Assembly: GCA_963791565.1 (NCBI GenBank)
Contig: CAWBSX010000004.1
Coordinates: forward strand, 372,601 to 436,600
Length of the DNA stretch: 64,000 bases
DNA from: an uncultured Verrucomicrobiae bacterium
GTDB taxonomy: Bacteria > Verrucomicrobiota > Verrucomicrobiia > Chthoniobacterales > UBA10450
Direction: 5' to 3'
Of this stretch, positions 9,120 through 18,448 are shown in pieces (position 1 is the stretch's first letter; every line of letters begins with the position of its first letter). Under the pieces are notes generated by a model, which was given only the letters and a program-made list of their open reading frames with translations, had not been told where the DNA came from and ran no database searches. The translations under genes and the position numbers were made by a program.

Positions 9120-9749
9120 TTGAATTTGAAAACCAGAAAACCAGAAAGTTCTGATTTCACCAAAGCGGAGCTGCGCAAACTGCGGGCGTTGAAAACACCG
9201 CAAGGCATTCAACGCTTTCTCGATTCGTTGCCGTATCATCTGGCGACGACGGCCTGGTCGCCGCGGCGCGTTTTGCAGGAAGGCACGGCGCATTGTCTGG
9301 AAGGCGCGATTTTCGCCGCGGCTGCGCTGCGCGCGCTCGGATATGCGCCGCTTATTTTCGACTTGGAAGCGGAACAGGATACCGATCACGTCGTGGCGAT
9401 TTATCGGACGCGCGGACACTGGGGCGCGATCGCCAAATCGAACTTCTCAGGTTGCCGCGATCGCACGCCGGTTTATCCGACCTTGCGCGAATTGGCCCTG
9501 AGTTATTTTCACATCTATTTCAATCTGCGCGGCGAACGGACGTTGCGTCGCTATTCGCAACCGGTGAATCTCGCGCGTTTCGATAAACGCGATTGGATGA
9601 CAACGGACCAGGAGGTTTGGTTTATCGCCGATTATCTCTGCGAAATTCCGCATCGTCCGGTGGTCAAGCGGACCTTGTTAAAAAATGCGTACCGCATAGA
9701 CGCGCGCACGATGCAGGCCGAGATGGTCGGTCATCGAAAGAAGCACTAA
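9120..9749 (+). CDS. hypothetical protein with a Cys/His/Asp motif (possible transglutaminase-like fold)
   Basis: The ORF frame continues from the antisense region. The start is probably a TTG just after the upstream gene's start at 9103. Motif GTAHCLEGAIFAAAALRALGY...DHVVAIY...GHWGAID. The start is uncertain. Confidence 0.4.
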   Translation: MNLKTRKPESSDFTKAELRKLRALKTPQGIQRFLDSLPYHLATTAWSPRRVLQEGTAHCLEGAIFAAAALRALGYAPLIFDLEAEQDTDHVVAIYRTRGHWGAIAKSNFSGCRDRTPVYPTLRELALSYFHIYFNLRGERTLRRYSQPVNLARFDKRDWMTTDQEVWFIADYLCEIPHRPVVKRTLLKNAYRIDARTMQAEMVGHRKKH

Positions 9750-9758
9750 CCTGCGTTC

Positions 9759-10478
9759 GTGGAGACGAAGACACATATTCTAATCACCGGTTCGACGCGT
9801 GGCATCGGCGCCGTCACGCGCGACGAATTGAAGAAACAGGGCGCTCGTGTCATCGGTCACGGTTCGCGCGCAGCCGGAGCGGAAGAAATCCCCGCGGATC
9901 TCTCGCAGCCCAATGCAGCGGATGCACTGTGGCGCGAAGCGATCGAACGACTCGACGGCCGGATTGACGTCCTGATCAATAATGCCGGCATTTACGAACC
10001 TGTGTCCGTTGGAGAGAGCACGGAAGTTTGGGAAGCGCGCTGGAATCGCACCATGCAGATCAACCTCCAGGCCGCAGCGGATCTTTGCCGACTGGCCGTT
10101 TCGCATTTCCGATCGCGCGCCGGAGGCGGTCGCATCGTCAATGTCGCGAGTCGCGCGGCCCATCGCGGTGATTCGCCGGAGCACTGGCATTACGCGGCGT
10201 CGAAAGCGGGCTTGATCGCTGTGACAAAGTCGATCGCGCGTGGATTCGCGACCGAAGAAATCTACGCCTTTGCCGTCGCGCCCGGTTTCACCATGACTGG
10301 AATGGCGGAAGATTACCTAACGAGTCGTGGAGGTGACGCGATCCTGAAAGAGATACCATTACGTCGCGTGAATTCCGCGGAAGAAGTTGCCAACGCGATC
10401 GTTTATCTCGCTCTGCACGCTCCAGCCGCAATGACCGGCGCGGTGATTGATATCAATGGCGCGAGTTACGTGCGCTGA
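9759..10478 (+). CDS. SDR-family short-chain dehydrogenase/reductase
   Basis: TGSTRGIGAVT (TGxxxGxG) and YAASK (YxxxK) are present. Confidence 0.9.
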   Translation: METKTHILITGSTRGIGAVTRDELKKQGARVIGHGSRAAGAEEIPADLSQPNAADALWREAIERLDGRIDVLINNAGIYEPVSVGESTEVWEARWNRTMQINLQAAADLCRLAVSHFRSRAGGGRIVNVASRAAHRGDSPEHWHYAASKAGLIAVTKSIARGFATEEIYAFAVAPGFTMTGMAEDYLTSRGGDAILKEIPLRRVNSAEEVANAIVYLALHAPAAMTGAVIDINGASYVR

Positions 10479-10481
10479 TTT

Positions 10482-10492
10482 GCCTAACGAGT
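10482..10492. repeat. representative copy of the hyper-abundant 11-mer GCCTAACGAGT (plus-strand reading), 4 nt after the SDR gene stop
   Basis: Exact match. See findings for the full set of about 90 copies. Confidence 0.9.
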
Positions 10493-10507
10493 AGTTAATT
10501 CGCTGCT

Positions 10508-10535
10508 AAAACGCGGCTGTCCTACCGCGTTTCAA
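10508..10535 (+). terminator. candidate intrinsic terminator after the SDR gene
   Basis: 8-bp stem AAACGCGG / CCGCGTTT with an 8-nt loop. The T-run is weak (TTT). Confidence 0.3.
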
Positions 10536-10698
10536 CCGTTGTCCCAAAAGCGGAACGGTCACATCCCAAGCACGACACGTTTCCGATGGACTCGTAAAAT
10601 GATCCACATTCTCAAGTGGCTGATTTAATGGTATTTGTGACTTGTTTTTGGCGGTGGCATAGGCCTTGCAAATAGAAGCGGCCTAACCAAACAAACCA

Positions 10699-10947
10699 AT
10701 GAAAAACAAAAACACTTATTCGCTTCTCGTTCAGTCCCAGGAGAAGGGTCGCTCGATTTTCGAAGCTTCGATTTATGGCCTCGTGATTCTCTGCACCGTT
10801 TTCTCCGCCTGGTCGTTCGCGGCGCATTCGATCATGTTGCCCGGAATGAACCACGTGGACAAAAACGCGGGGACGGAAATGGCCGCGCAAGCAGCGGCGG
10901 AGAACCCTGTCGCCATCGCGAGCAACGCCGACGCCAACGCGCTGTAA
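10699..10947 (+). CDS. small hypothetical membrane protein (82 aa) in the lower-GC region upstream of the ADOP cluster
   Basis: The ORF has a hydrophobic core (IYGLVILCTVFSAWSFAA) and sits in an otherwise gene-free 500-bp spacer. It may not be expressed. Confidence 0.25.
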   Translation: MKNKNTYSLLVQSQEKGRSIFEASIYGLVILCTVFSAWSFAAHSIMLPGMNHVDKNAGTEMAAQAAAENPVAIASNADANAL

Positions 10948-10980
10948 TCGTGGCGTTGCTAAACGCCTAACGAGTCCTGC

Positions 10981-13443
10981 GTGAACACGTTCCTGAAGGA
11001 TCTGCAGTATGCCGCGCGCATGCTGCTGAAAAATCCTGGTTTCAGCGCCATCGCGGTCATCGCTTTGGCGCTCGGGATCGGTGCCAACACCGCGATCTTC
11101 AGCGTGGTCAGCGCAGTTCTGCTGCGTCCGCTGCCTTATCCGCAGCCGGAACAAATCGCCGCCGTCTGGGCGGCGGACAATACCAAAGGACACGCGAAGA
11201 CTTCGTTTTCGTTTCCGGATTTTGCGGACGTGCGCGCGCAGAACCAGGTCTTCAGCGCGATGGCGGCGTACGACGATTCCGACATGACCGCGACCGACCG
11301 CGGCGCGGATGCCGAGCACATGCACGGCCTGCTGGTGACGTCGGATCTTTTTCGTGTCTTAAACGTGAATCCGATTCTCGGACGCGGCTTCACTGCCGAT
11401 GACGACAAACCCGGCGTGCGCGTCGTCGTTTTGAGCTACGACCTTTGGCAACGCCGGTTCGGCGGTGATCGCAACGTTCTCGAAAAAACGATCACGTTGA
11501 ACGAAACGCCGCATCAAATCATCGGCGTCATGCCGCCGACGTTCCGTTTTCCAATCGAAAAAACGTCCGCCGTTTTCTGGACTTCCGCCGCAACGCAATT
11601 TGAAGCCGCGCCCGGCAGCACCGAGACCTCAGCTTCGCAGCGCGGCATGCACTTCTTGCACTCCATCGCACGCCTCAAACCGGGTGTGAGCGCGGCACAG
11701 GCGGAAGCGAACACGAAGACCATCATGGCTTCGCTGGCCACGCAATATCCCGATTCGAACAAGCGCTTCGATTCCTCGCGCGTCGTCGCGCTTCTCTCCG
11801 ATCTAACTACCGATGTCCGTCCCGCGCTCGTCGTTCTCCTCGCCGCCGCCGGCTGCGTCTTGCTGATCGCATGCGTGAACGTGGCCAACCTTCTTCTCGC
11901 CCGCGCCACTTCGCGCGAAAAGGAAATGGGAATTCGCGCCGCGCTCGGCGCGAGTCGGGCGAGAATTTTCCGGCAGCTCCTCACCGAAAGCGCCTTGCTC
12001 TCGTTAGGCGGTGGCGCCGCCGGGATGTTGCTGGCCGTTTGGGGAACAGCCGGCCTCGCCGCGTTGCTTCCGCAAAATTTTCCGCGCGCAGAGGAGATCG
12101 GACCCGACCTGCGCGTGCTCGCGTTTACCGCACTCGTTAGTCTTTTTACCGGCCTCCTTTTCGGACTCGCCCCGGCCTGGCGCGTTTCGCGGCCTGATGT
12201 TGTCAGCGCGCTCAATGAAAGCGCGCGCGGCTCGAGCGAAACCGCGCGCGGTCGCCGCCTGCGCGGAATTCTTGTCACCGCCGAAATGGTGCTCGCGTTT
12301 GTCTTGCTCGTCGGCGCCGGGCTCTTGATCCGCAGCTTTTGGCAATTGCAGAAAGTGCCGATCGGCTTTGATCCAAACCACGTCATGACCGCGAGTGTTT
12401 CGCTGCCCGAGGGCGACGGCGGACCGGAAATCACCAAGCGCGACGAACAATTTTACGTGCAGCTGATGGAACGGGCCAACGCCATTCCCGGCGTCCGTTC
12501 GGTCGCGGCGATCAGCCCATTGCCCTTGAGCGGCGCGGATTGGCGAACCGGGTTCGACATCGCCGGCCGTCCCACCGCGAAGTCCGATCGAGCGCTGAGC
12601 GCGGCGCGCGTCGTTACGCCGGGTTATTTCGGCACGATGGGAATTCCGCTGCGCAAAGGCCGCGATTTCGATCCGCGCGATAAGTTCGAATCGGCCGGCG
12701 TTGTCATCGTGAACGAATCACTCGTTAGGCAATATTTTCCTAACGAAGATCCAATCGGGAAAAGAATCACACCGCAAATTTCACTGGATGTGCGCGAACC
12801 GATCGAGCGCGAGATCATCGGCGTGGTCGGCGATGTGAAGGCGCGCAAGCTAACCGCGGAAAATATGGCCGAGTTGTATCTGCCGCACACGCAGGCGCCG
12901 AGCGGCAGCATGACGATTGTCGCGCGCACCCATATGGAACCGCAGGCGATCCTGCCTTCGCTGCGCGGCGCGGTTGAAAGTTTGAACAAAGATCTGCCGC
13001 TCTACGAAACGCGGACCATGCAGCAATATCTTGATCGCGCCGTCGCGCAGCCGCGCTTGAACATGACACTGCTCATCGTTTTCGCGGGTGTGGCCATCGT
13101 CCTCACCGCCGTCGGAATTTACGGCGTGATGGCTTACTCGGTCGCACAACGCACCCAGGAAATCGGCATTCGCATGGCGCTCGGCGCGCAACGTTTCGAT
13201 GTTCTGCGACTCATCGTCGGACAAGGCGCGCGCTTGGTTGCGCTCGCGATGGTCATCGGCGTCGGCGCTGCGTTCGCCATGACTCGATCAATCGCCAGTC
13301 TGCTCTACGGCGTCGGGGCGACAGATTTCCCCACACTTTTCTCGGTCGCGCTTCTTCTCGCACTCATCGCGCTCCTGGCTTGCTGGTTGCCGGCGCGCCG
13401 CGCGAGCGGGATTGATCCGATCACCGCGCTACGCACGGAATAA
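10981..13443 (+). CDS. ADOP-family duplicated FtsX permease (MacB-like periplasmic core domain x2), copy 1
   Basis: 820 aa. N-terminus [43 protein letters not shown], and a C-terminus of the same kind ending ...[17 protein letters not shown] start. Confidence 0.85.
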   Translation: MNTFLKDLQYAARMLLKNPGFSAIAVIALALGIGANTAIFSVVSAVLLRPLPYPQPEQIAAVWAADNTKGHAKTSFSFPDFADVRAQNQVFSAMAAYDDSDMTATDRGADAEHMHGLLVTSDLFRVLNVNPILGRGFTADDDKPGVRVVVLSYDLWQRRFGGDRNVLEKTITLNETPHQIIGVMPPTFRFPIEKTSAVFWTSAATQFEAAPGSTETSASQRGMHFLHSIARLKPGVSAAQAEANTKTIMASLATQYPDSNKRFDSSRVVALLSDLTTDVRPALVVLLAAAGCVLLIACVNVANLLLARATSREKEMGIRAALGASRARIFRQLLTESALLSLGGGAAGMLLAVWGTAGLAALLPQNFPRAEEIGPDLRVLAFTALVSLFTGLLFGLAPAWRVSRPDVVSALNESARGSSETARGRRLRGILVTAEMVLAFVLLVGAGLLIRSFWQLQKVPIGFDPNHVMTASVSLPEGDGGPEITKRDEQFYVQLMERANAIPGVRSVAAISPLPLSGADWRTGFDIAGRPTAKSDRALSAARVVTPGYFGTMGIPLRKGRDFDPRDKFESAGVVIVNESLVRQYFPNEDPIGKRITPQISLDVREPIEREIIGVVGDVKARKLTAENMAELYLPHTQAPSGSMTIVARTHMEPQAILPSLRGAVESLNKDLPLYETRTMQQYLDRAVAQPRLNMTLLIVFAGVAIVLTAVGIYGVMAYSVAQRTQEIGIRMALGAQRFDVLRLIVGQGARLVALAMVIGVGAAFAMTRSIASLLYGVGATDFPTLFSVALLLALIALLACWLPARRASGIDPITALRTE

Positions 13444-13502
13444 TTCGTATGCGAGAAGAAGCGCGGCGCGACACTCTGGGTAGCGCAAGCGTCTCGCGCG
13501 CC

Positions 13503-13535
13503 GGTTTCGGTGTCTCGCCGAAACGAACTTTTTTT
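13503..13535 (+). terminator. intrinsic terminator between ADOP copy 1 and copy 2
   Basis: Stem GTTTCGG (13504-13510) / CCGAAAC (13518-13524) with a 7-nt loop, followed by a T7 run at 13529-13535. Confidence 0.55.
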
Positions 13536-13575
13536 CGAGCAAAGTCCACATCGCCTAAGGAGAGGAGAAACTTCG

Positions 13576-15987
13576 ATGAATAATTTTCGCTACGCACTTC
13601 GCCAGTTGCGTAAGTCGCCCGGGTTCACTTTTGTCGCTGTACTAACGCTTGCGCTCGGCATCGGCGCGAACACCGCGATCTTCACTGTCGTTCACGCAGT
13701 TTTGCTTTCACCGCTGCCGTTCCCCGACGCCGATCGCATCGTCGCGGTGCAATCGCGCAACCTGCAGGAGAATCTCAAAGGGCTGGGCTTCGCGCCCGCC
13801 GGATTCCGCGATGTCGAGAAACAGGTCACCTCTTTCGAGGCCATCGCGGCTTATCGCTATAACTACGACAATCTCACGCGCGTGGAGAAACCAACTTCGG
13901 TCAGCGGAAGTCTTGTCACGCAAGATTACTTTCGCGTGCTCGGCGAGAAGGCGCTGATCGGGCGCACTTTCACGCCCGAAGACGCCGCGGCCAACGCAAA
14001 ACCGACCGTTCTTCTGAGCTATGATTTCTGGCAGAAACAATTCGGCGGCCGGCGCGATCTCGTCGGCCAAACGGTCACGCTCGATGACGTTCCGCACGAG
14101 GTCATCGGCGTCATGCCGCGCACTTTCAAAGATCCATTTGGCATCGCCGCCGAGTGGCGACTCTTTCCGAACGAAGGCGGCGAGAACTTCGTCGCCAATG
14201 CGCGTTTCTGGGCCGTCATCGGACACATGAAAGCTGACGTACCAATGTCCACTGTTCAGGCCGAGCTCGGTACAATCAGCGCGCGACTCGCGCAGAGCGA
14301 TGCGAAATTCTACAAAGGCTGGGACATCAATCTGAGTCCGTTGCGCGATCAGGTCGTCGGAAATTATCGCGAAGGTTTACTGCTGGTGGTGGGCGCCGCG
14401 CTGGTCGTGTTGCTTATCACCTGCGCCAATGTCGCGGGTCTGCAATTTGTTCGCGCCTCGACACGACAACGCGAAGTCGCGATTCGACTCGCTCTTGGCG
14501 CGAGTCGCGGGGCGGTCGCGCGCGGACATCTGATCGAATCGCTGTTGCTCGTCGCGGTCGGTGGACTCGGGGGTGTGTTGCTCGCGAGTTGGGGATTGGA
14601 TGTGCTTCTCGCGAGCCTGGCGCGCGATTGGATTCCGCGCAGCGATGAAATCGCGCTCAACACGACGGTGCTTTTGGTCACCGGCGTGACCGCATTAGTA
14701 ACCGGAATTCTCTTCGGACTTTTCCCCGCATGGCACGCCACGCGCATCGACGCGATCGATTCGTTGCGCGACGGCGGCAAAGGGGGCTCGGCCGGTCTGC
14801 AATCGGTGCGACTGCGCGGCGCGCTCGTCATCGCACAAATCGCGCTCACGCTCGTGCTGCTGGTTTGCGCGGGACTGGTCTGGAAGAGTTTCGCCGCGAT
14901 CACGCGCGTGAATCCCGGGATTCAAATCGAGAACACGCTCAGCATGGTCATCACGCTCGCGCCCACGCAATACGACACGGGTCCCAAACGCATCGACTAT
15001 TTTCGTCAGCTTCTCGAACGCACAAGTGTGATTCCGGGAGTGGAATCAGTCGCGTTCACTCAGACGATGCCGTTCACGTGGGGAATCCCGGCGACGTTTT
15101 CTGTTTACGGCTCTTCGAACGACGAAAACAAATTGCCACCGGCCATCTACGATTCCGTTAGTCCATCGTATTTTTCGACGATGCACATTCCGCTGCTGGC
15201 TGGCCGGGTATTTGCGGAAACCGACAACGCGCAATCGCCCGGTGTGATCATGATCAGCCAATCAACGGCGAAGAAATTTTTCCCGAATGAAGATCCGATT
15301 GGAAAGCGTCTGATTCTTCCGCCGGGCCGTCAGCAACCGAATCCCGTGCCGCTCGAAATCATCGGCGTGGTCGGCGATGTGCCGCGCGATGGACTCAACG
15401 CCGACACGCCATACCAGGTCTACGCGAGTTTGAATCAGCGTGCGTGGGCCTTCGCCACATTGCTTGTGCGCTCGCCGCTTCCAGTCGAAACACTCACGCA
15501 GACAGTTCAGCGCGCGATCTGGGCCTTCAATCCGGAGCAGACAATTTCCAACGTCGCGCCGGTGCGCACGCTGGTGAAACAAAGCCTGACGCAGCCGCAA
15601 CTTTATCTCACGCTCTTCAGTCTCTTCGCGCTCCTCGCATTGCTGCTCGCCAGCATCGGTCTTTACGGGCTCATCGCTTACAGCGTCGCGCAGCGCACGC
15701 GCGAATTCGGCATTCGCTTCGCACTCGGCGCGCAGATTGGCGATGTGCTGCGACTCGTTCTCGGACAAGGCGCGCGGCTGACCGCGCTTGGCCTTGTCCT
15801 TGGTTTGCTGGGCGCGGCGGGAGTCGCGCGTCTCATGCAAACACTTCTCTTTCATACCGCCGCTTACGACCCGCTGGTCTTCGGCGGTGTTGTGTTAGTA
15901 CTCGCGGTCATCGGCCTTCTCGCCGCGTTGTTGCCAGCGTTGCGCGCGACCAAGGCCGACCCAGTCGCCGCTCTCCGCACCGAATAG
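13576..15987 (+). CDS. ADOP-family duplicated FtsX permease, copy 2
   Basis: The start is set at [39 protein letters not shown], which aligns with the N-termini of the paralogues. An AAGGAG sits 10 nt upstream. The track start at 13510 lies inside the terminator hairpin. Confidence 0.85.
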   Translation: MNNFRYALRQLRKSPGFTFVAVLTLALGIGANTAIFTVVHAVLLSPLPFPDADRIVAVQSRNLQENLKGLGFAPAGFRDVEKQVTSFEAIAAYRYNYDNLTRVEKPTSVSGSLVTQDYFRVLGEKALIGRTFTPEDAAANAKPTVLLSYDFWQKQFGGRRDLVGQTVTLDDVPHEVIGVMPRTFKDPFGIAAEWRLFPNEGGENFVANARFWAVIGHMKADVPMSTVQAELGTISARLAQSDAKFYKGWDINLSPLRDQVVGNYREGLLLVVGAALVVLLITCANVAGLQFVRASTRQREVAIRLALGASRGAVARGHLIESLLLVAVGGLGGVLLASWGLDVLLASLARDWIPRSDEIALNTTVLLVTGVTALVTGILFGLFPAWHATRIDAIDSLRDGGKGGSAGLQSVRLRGALVIAQIALTLVLLVCAGLVWKSFAAITRVNPGIQIENTLSMVITLAPTQYDTGPKRIDYFRQLLERTSVIPGVESVAFTQTMPFTWGIPATFSVYGSSNDENKLPPAIYDSVSPSYFSTMHIPLLAGRVFAETDNAQSPGVIMISQSTAKKFFPNEDPIGKRLILPPGRQQPNPVPLEIIGVVGDVPRDGLNADTPYQVYASLNQRAWAFATLLVRSPLPVETLTQTVQRAIWAFNPEQTISNVAPVRTLVKQSLTQPQLYLTLFSLFALLALLLASIGLYGLIAYSVAQRTREFGIRFALGAQIGDVLRLVLGQGARLTALGLVLGLLGAAGVARLMQTLLFHTAAYDPLVFGGVVLVLAVIGLLAALLPALRATKADPVAALRTE

Positions 15988-15997
15988 GAACGCCAAC

Positions 15998-18430
15998 ATG
16001 AACACACTGCTTCAAGATTTTCGTTACGCACTGCGCAAGCTCGTGCAGCAGCCCGCCTACACCATCATCGCCGTGCTCACGCTCGCGCTCGGCATCGGCG
16101 CGAACACTGCGATCTTCAGTGTGGTCAACGCGGTGCTTTTACGCCCGCTGCCTTATCCGGAACCTGATCGCATCGTTTATCTCAGCGAAGTAAACGGCGG
16201 GACGAACAGCGCGATCGCATTTCCGGATTACATCGATTGGCGCAACGATGCGAAATCGTTCGAGCATCTCGCACTCTCGCGCACGGAATCGCGAAACCTC
16301 AGCGGCATTGCCGGTCGTGAACCGGAGCGCGTCTCGGTCTCGTTCGTCACTGCGAACTTCTTTCGCGTGATCGGCCTCAATCCACAAATCGGCCGCACCT
16401 TTACGGACGACGAAGACAAGCCGGGCGCGCCGGCGCTGGTCGTGCTGAGCGATCGTTTGTGGGACCGCGTCTTCAATCGCGACCCAAACATCATCGGTCG
16501 CGCGGTGACGTTTCACGGTCAGCCGTTCACGGTCACGGGCGTGATGCCGCGGGAAATGGATTCGCCGCATGGCGTGGACGCGTGGTTCTCGGTGATGCGA
16601 CGGAGCGCAAACGCCGCCTGGCAGAATCGCGCCAATCATCCAATGCTCTTCGCCTGGGGCCGGCTGAAGAAAGGTATCACGGTCGAGCAGGCGCGAAGCG
16701 AGATAAAAACCATCGCGGCGCGATTGGAAAAAACTTACCCGGAAACGAACGCGGGCACGAGCGGCGAAGTAAAACCGCTGCTCGATAACTTGTTAGGCAA
16801 CTACCGCACAAGTCTCACGCTGTTGCTTTGCGCGGTCGCGCTCGTCCTCCTCATCGCTTGCGCGAATCTCGCCAATCTTTTCGCCGCGCGCGGTGCTTCG
16901 CGTTCGCGTGAGTTTGCCATTCGCGCCGCTATTGGTGCATCGCGCTTAGGAGTCGTTAGGCAATTGCTCATTGAAAGTTTTTGTATCGCGCTGATCGGCG
17001 GCGCGCTCGGTTTGCTCTTTGCCATTTGGGGACGCGACGCTCTTGTCGCCTTCGCGCCGGGTAATGCGCCGCGCTTCGAAGGCATCGGCTTCGATGCGCG
17101 CGTGCTCGGTTTCACTTTTCTGCTGGCCAGCCTGACGACAATTCTTTTCGGCCTCTGGCCCGCATGGCAGGTCGCGCACGCCGACATTCAAACCGCACTT
17201 CAAGCCGGTTCATTCGGTAGTTCCGAAACAAAAACAGCGCGGCGTAGTCGCGATTGGCTGGTCATCGCCGAAGTCGCGCTCACACTTTTGTTGCTCAGCG
17301 CCGCCGGTCTTGTTTTGAAGAGCTTCGCCAAGATGCAATCGGTCGCGCTCGGTTTCGAGCCGCGCGGACTTCTCACCGCGCGCATCGATTTGCCCTACAC
17401 GAAATACACCGATCACGAAAAGGTCGCGAACTTCGACAACGCATTGCTCGACGGCGTGCGGCGCTTGCCCGGCGTGCAAAACGCAGCCGTTGGCGCGAAT
17501 CCTCCGATGCTGAGCGGATGGCAGCTGAATTTTTTACCCGAAGGCGCGCCGCCGACTGATCCGAGCCAGCAGCCATCCGCCGATTCGGAAGTGATCGCGG
17601 GTGATTACTTCGCTGCGCTGCAAACAACATTGATCCGCGGCCGCACCTTCAACGCCGGCGACACCAAAGATTCGCCGCCGGTCGTGATCATCGATCAAAC
17701 GTTGGCCGAGACAGCTTTCCCGAAACAGGATCCGTTAGGCAAACGTCTCGCCATCGGTGGTGCCGACGGGAACAGCGAGGACATCATTCTCTATGAAATC
17801 GTCGGCGTGGTCGCGCACATGAAACTGCGCGGATACGACGACGTGCCAGCGATACCGGCATTCTTTTTTGCCGAAACGCAAACGGCGCGAACGAATCAGG
17901 TATTACTCGTTAGGGCGAGCGGCAATGTGAAGTCGCTCGAGAGATCGATTCGCGAAGTCATCAATCGCGTCGATCCAACACAGCCGGTTTTCGACTTCCG
18001 CGCCATGGAAGAACGCGTGGCCGAAACCTGGTCGACGCAACGTCTGCTTTCATTTCTTCTCGCGATTTTTGCGGGTCTCGCGTTGCTCCTCGCCGCAGTC
18101 GGCTTGTATGGCGTGCTTTCTTACACTGCATTGCGACGCTTACGCGAAATGGCGGTGCGCATCGCATTCGGCGCGCGACCTGCGGACATCCGCGGTTTGG
18201 TTTTCGGTCACGGCTTCCGTTTGTTCGGCGTAGGAATCGCGCTCGGCGCAATCGGCGTTGCTGGCTCTGCGCCCGTCATCCGCAGTTTTCTTTTCGGGGT
18301 CGCAACCGCTGATCTGCAGATTTTTGCCGCTGTCGGTATTCTGCTCTCGTTAGTCACCGTGCTCGCCGCGTGGTTACCCGCGCAACGCGCCTGCCGCGTG
18401 AATCCGATCATTGCGCTGCGCGCAGAATAA
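15998..18430 (+). CDS. ADOP-family duplicated FtsX permease, copy 3
   Basis: 810 aa, [43 protein letters not shown]. It is 10 nt downstream of copy 2. Confidence 0.85.
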   Translation: MNTLLQDFRYALRKLVQQPAYTIIAVLTLALGIGANTAIFSVVNAVLLRPLPYPEPDRIVYLSEVNGGTNSAIAFPDYIDWRNDAKSFEHLALSRTESRNLSGIAGREPERVSVSFVTANFFRVIGLNPQIGRTFTDDEDKPGAPALVVLSDRLWDRVFNRDPNIIGRAVTFHGQPFTVTGVMPREMDSPHGVDAWFSVMRRSANAAWQNRANHPMLFAWGRLKKGITVEQARSEIKTIAARLEKTYPETNAGTSGEVKPLLDNLLGNYRTSLTLLLCAVALVLLIACANLANLFAARGASRSREFAIRAAIGASRLGVVRQLLIESFCIALIGGALGLLFAIWGRDALVAFAPGNAPRFEGIGFDARVLGFTFLLASLTTILFGLWPAWQVAHADIQTALQAGSFGSSETKTARRSRDWLVIAEVALTLLLLSAAGLVLKSFAKMQSVALGFEPRGLLTARIDLPYTKYTDHEKVANFDNALLDGVRRLPGVQNAAVGANPPMLSGWQLNFLPEGAPPTDPSQQPSADSEVIAGDYFAALQTTLIRGRTFNAGDTKDSPPVVIIDQTLAETAFPKQDPLGKRLAIGGADGNSEDIILYEIVGVVAHMKLRGYDDVPAIPAFFFAETQTARTNQVLLVRASGNVKSLERSIREVINRVDPTQPVFDFRAMEERVAETWSTQRLLSFLLAIFAGLALLLAAVGLYGVLSYTALRRLREMAVRIAFGARPADIRGLVFGHGFRLFGVGIALGAIGVAGSAPVIRSFLFGVATADLQIFAAVGILLSLVTVLAAWLPAQRACRVNPIIALRAE

Positions 18431-18433
18431 TTC

Positions 18434-18444
18434 GCCTAACGAGT
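18434..18444. repeat. copy of GCCTAACGAGT in the 18-nt spacer between ADOP copies 3 and 4
   Basis: Exact match. The same extended form GCCTAACGAGTCCT also occurs at 10965-10978, upstream of ADOP copy 1. Confidence 0.9.
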
Positions 18445-18448
18445 CCTA

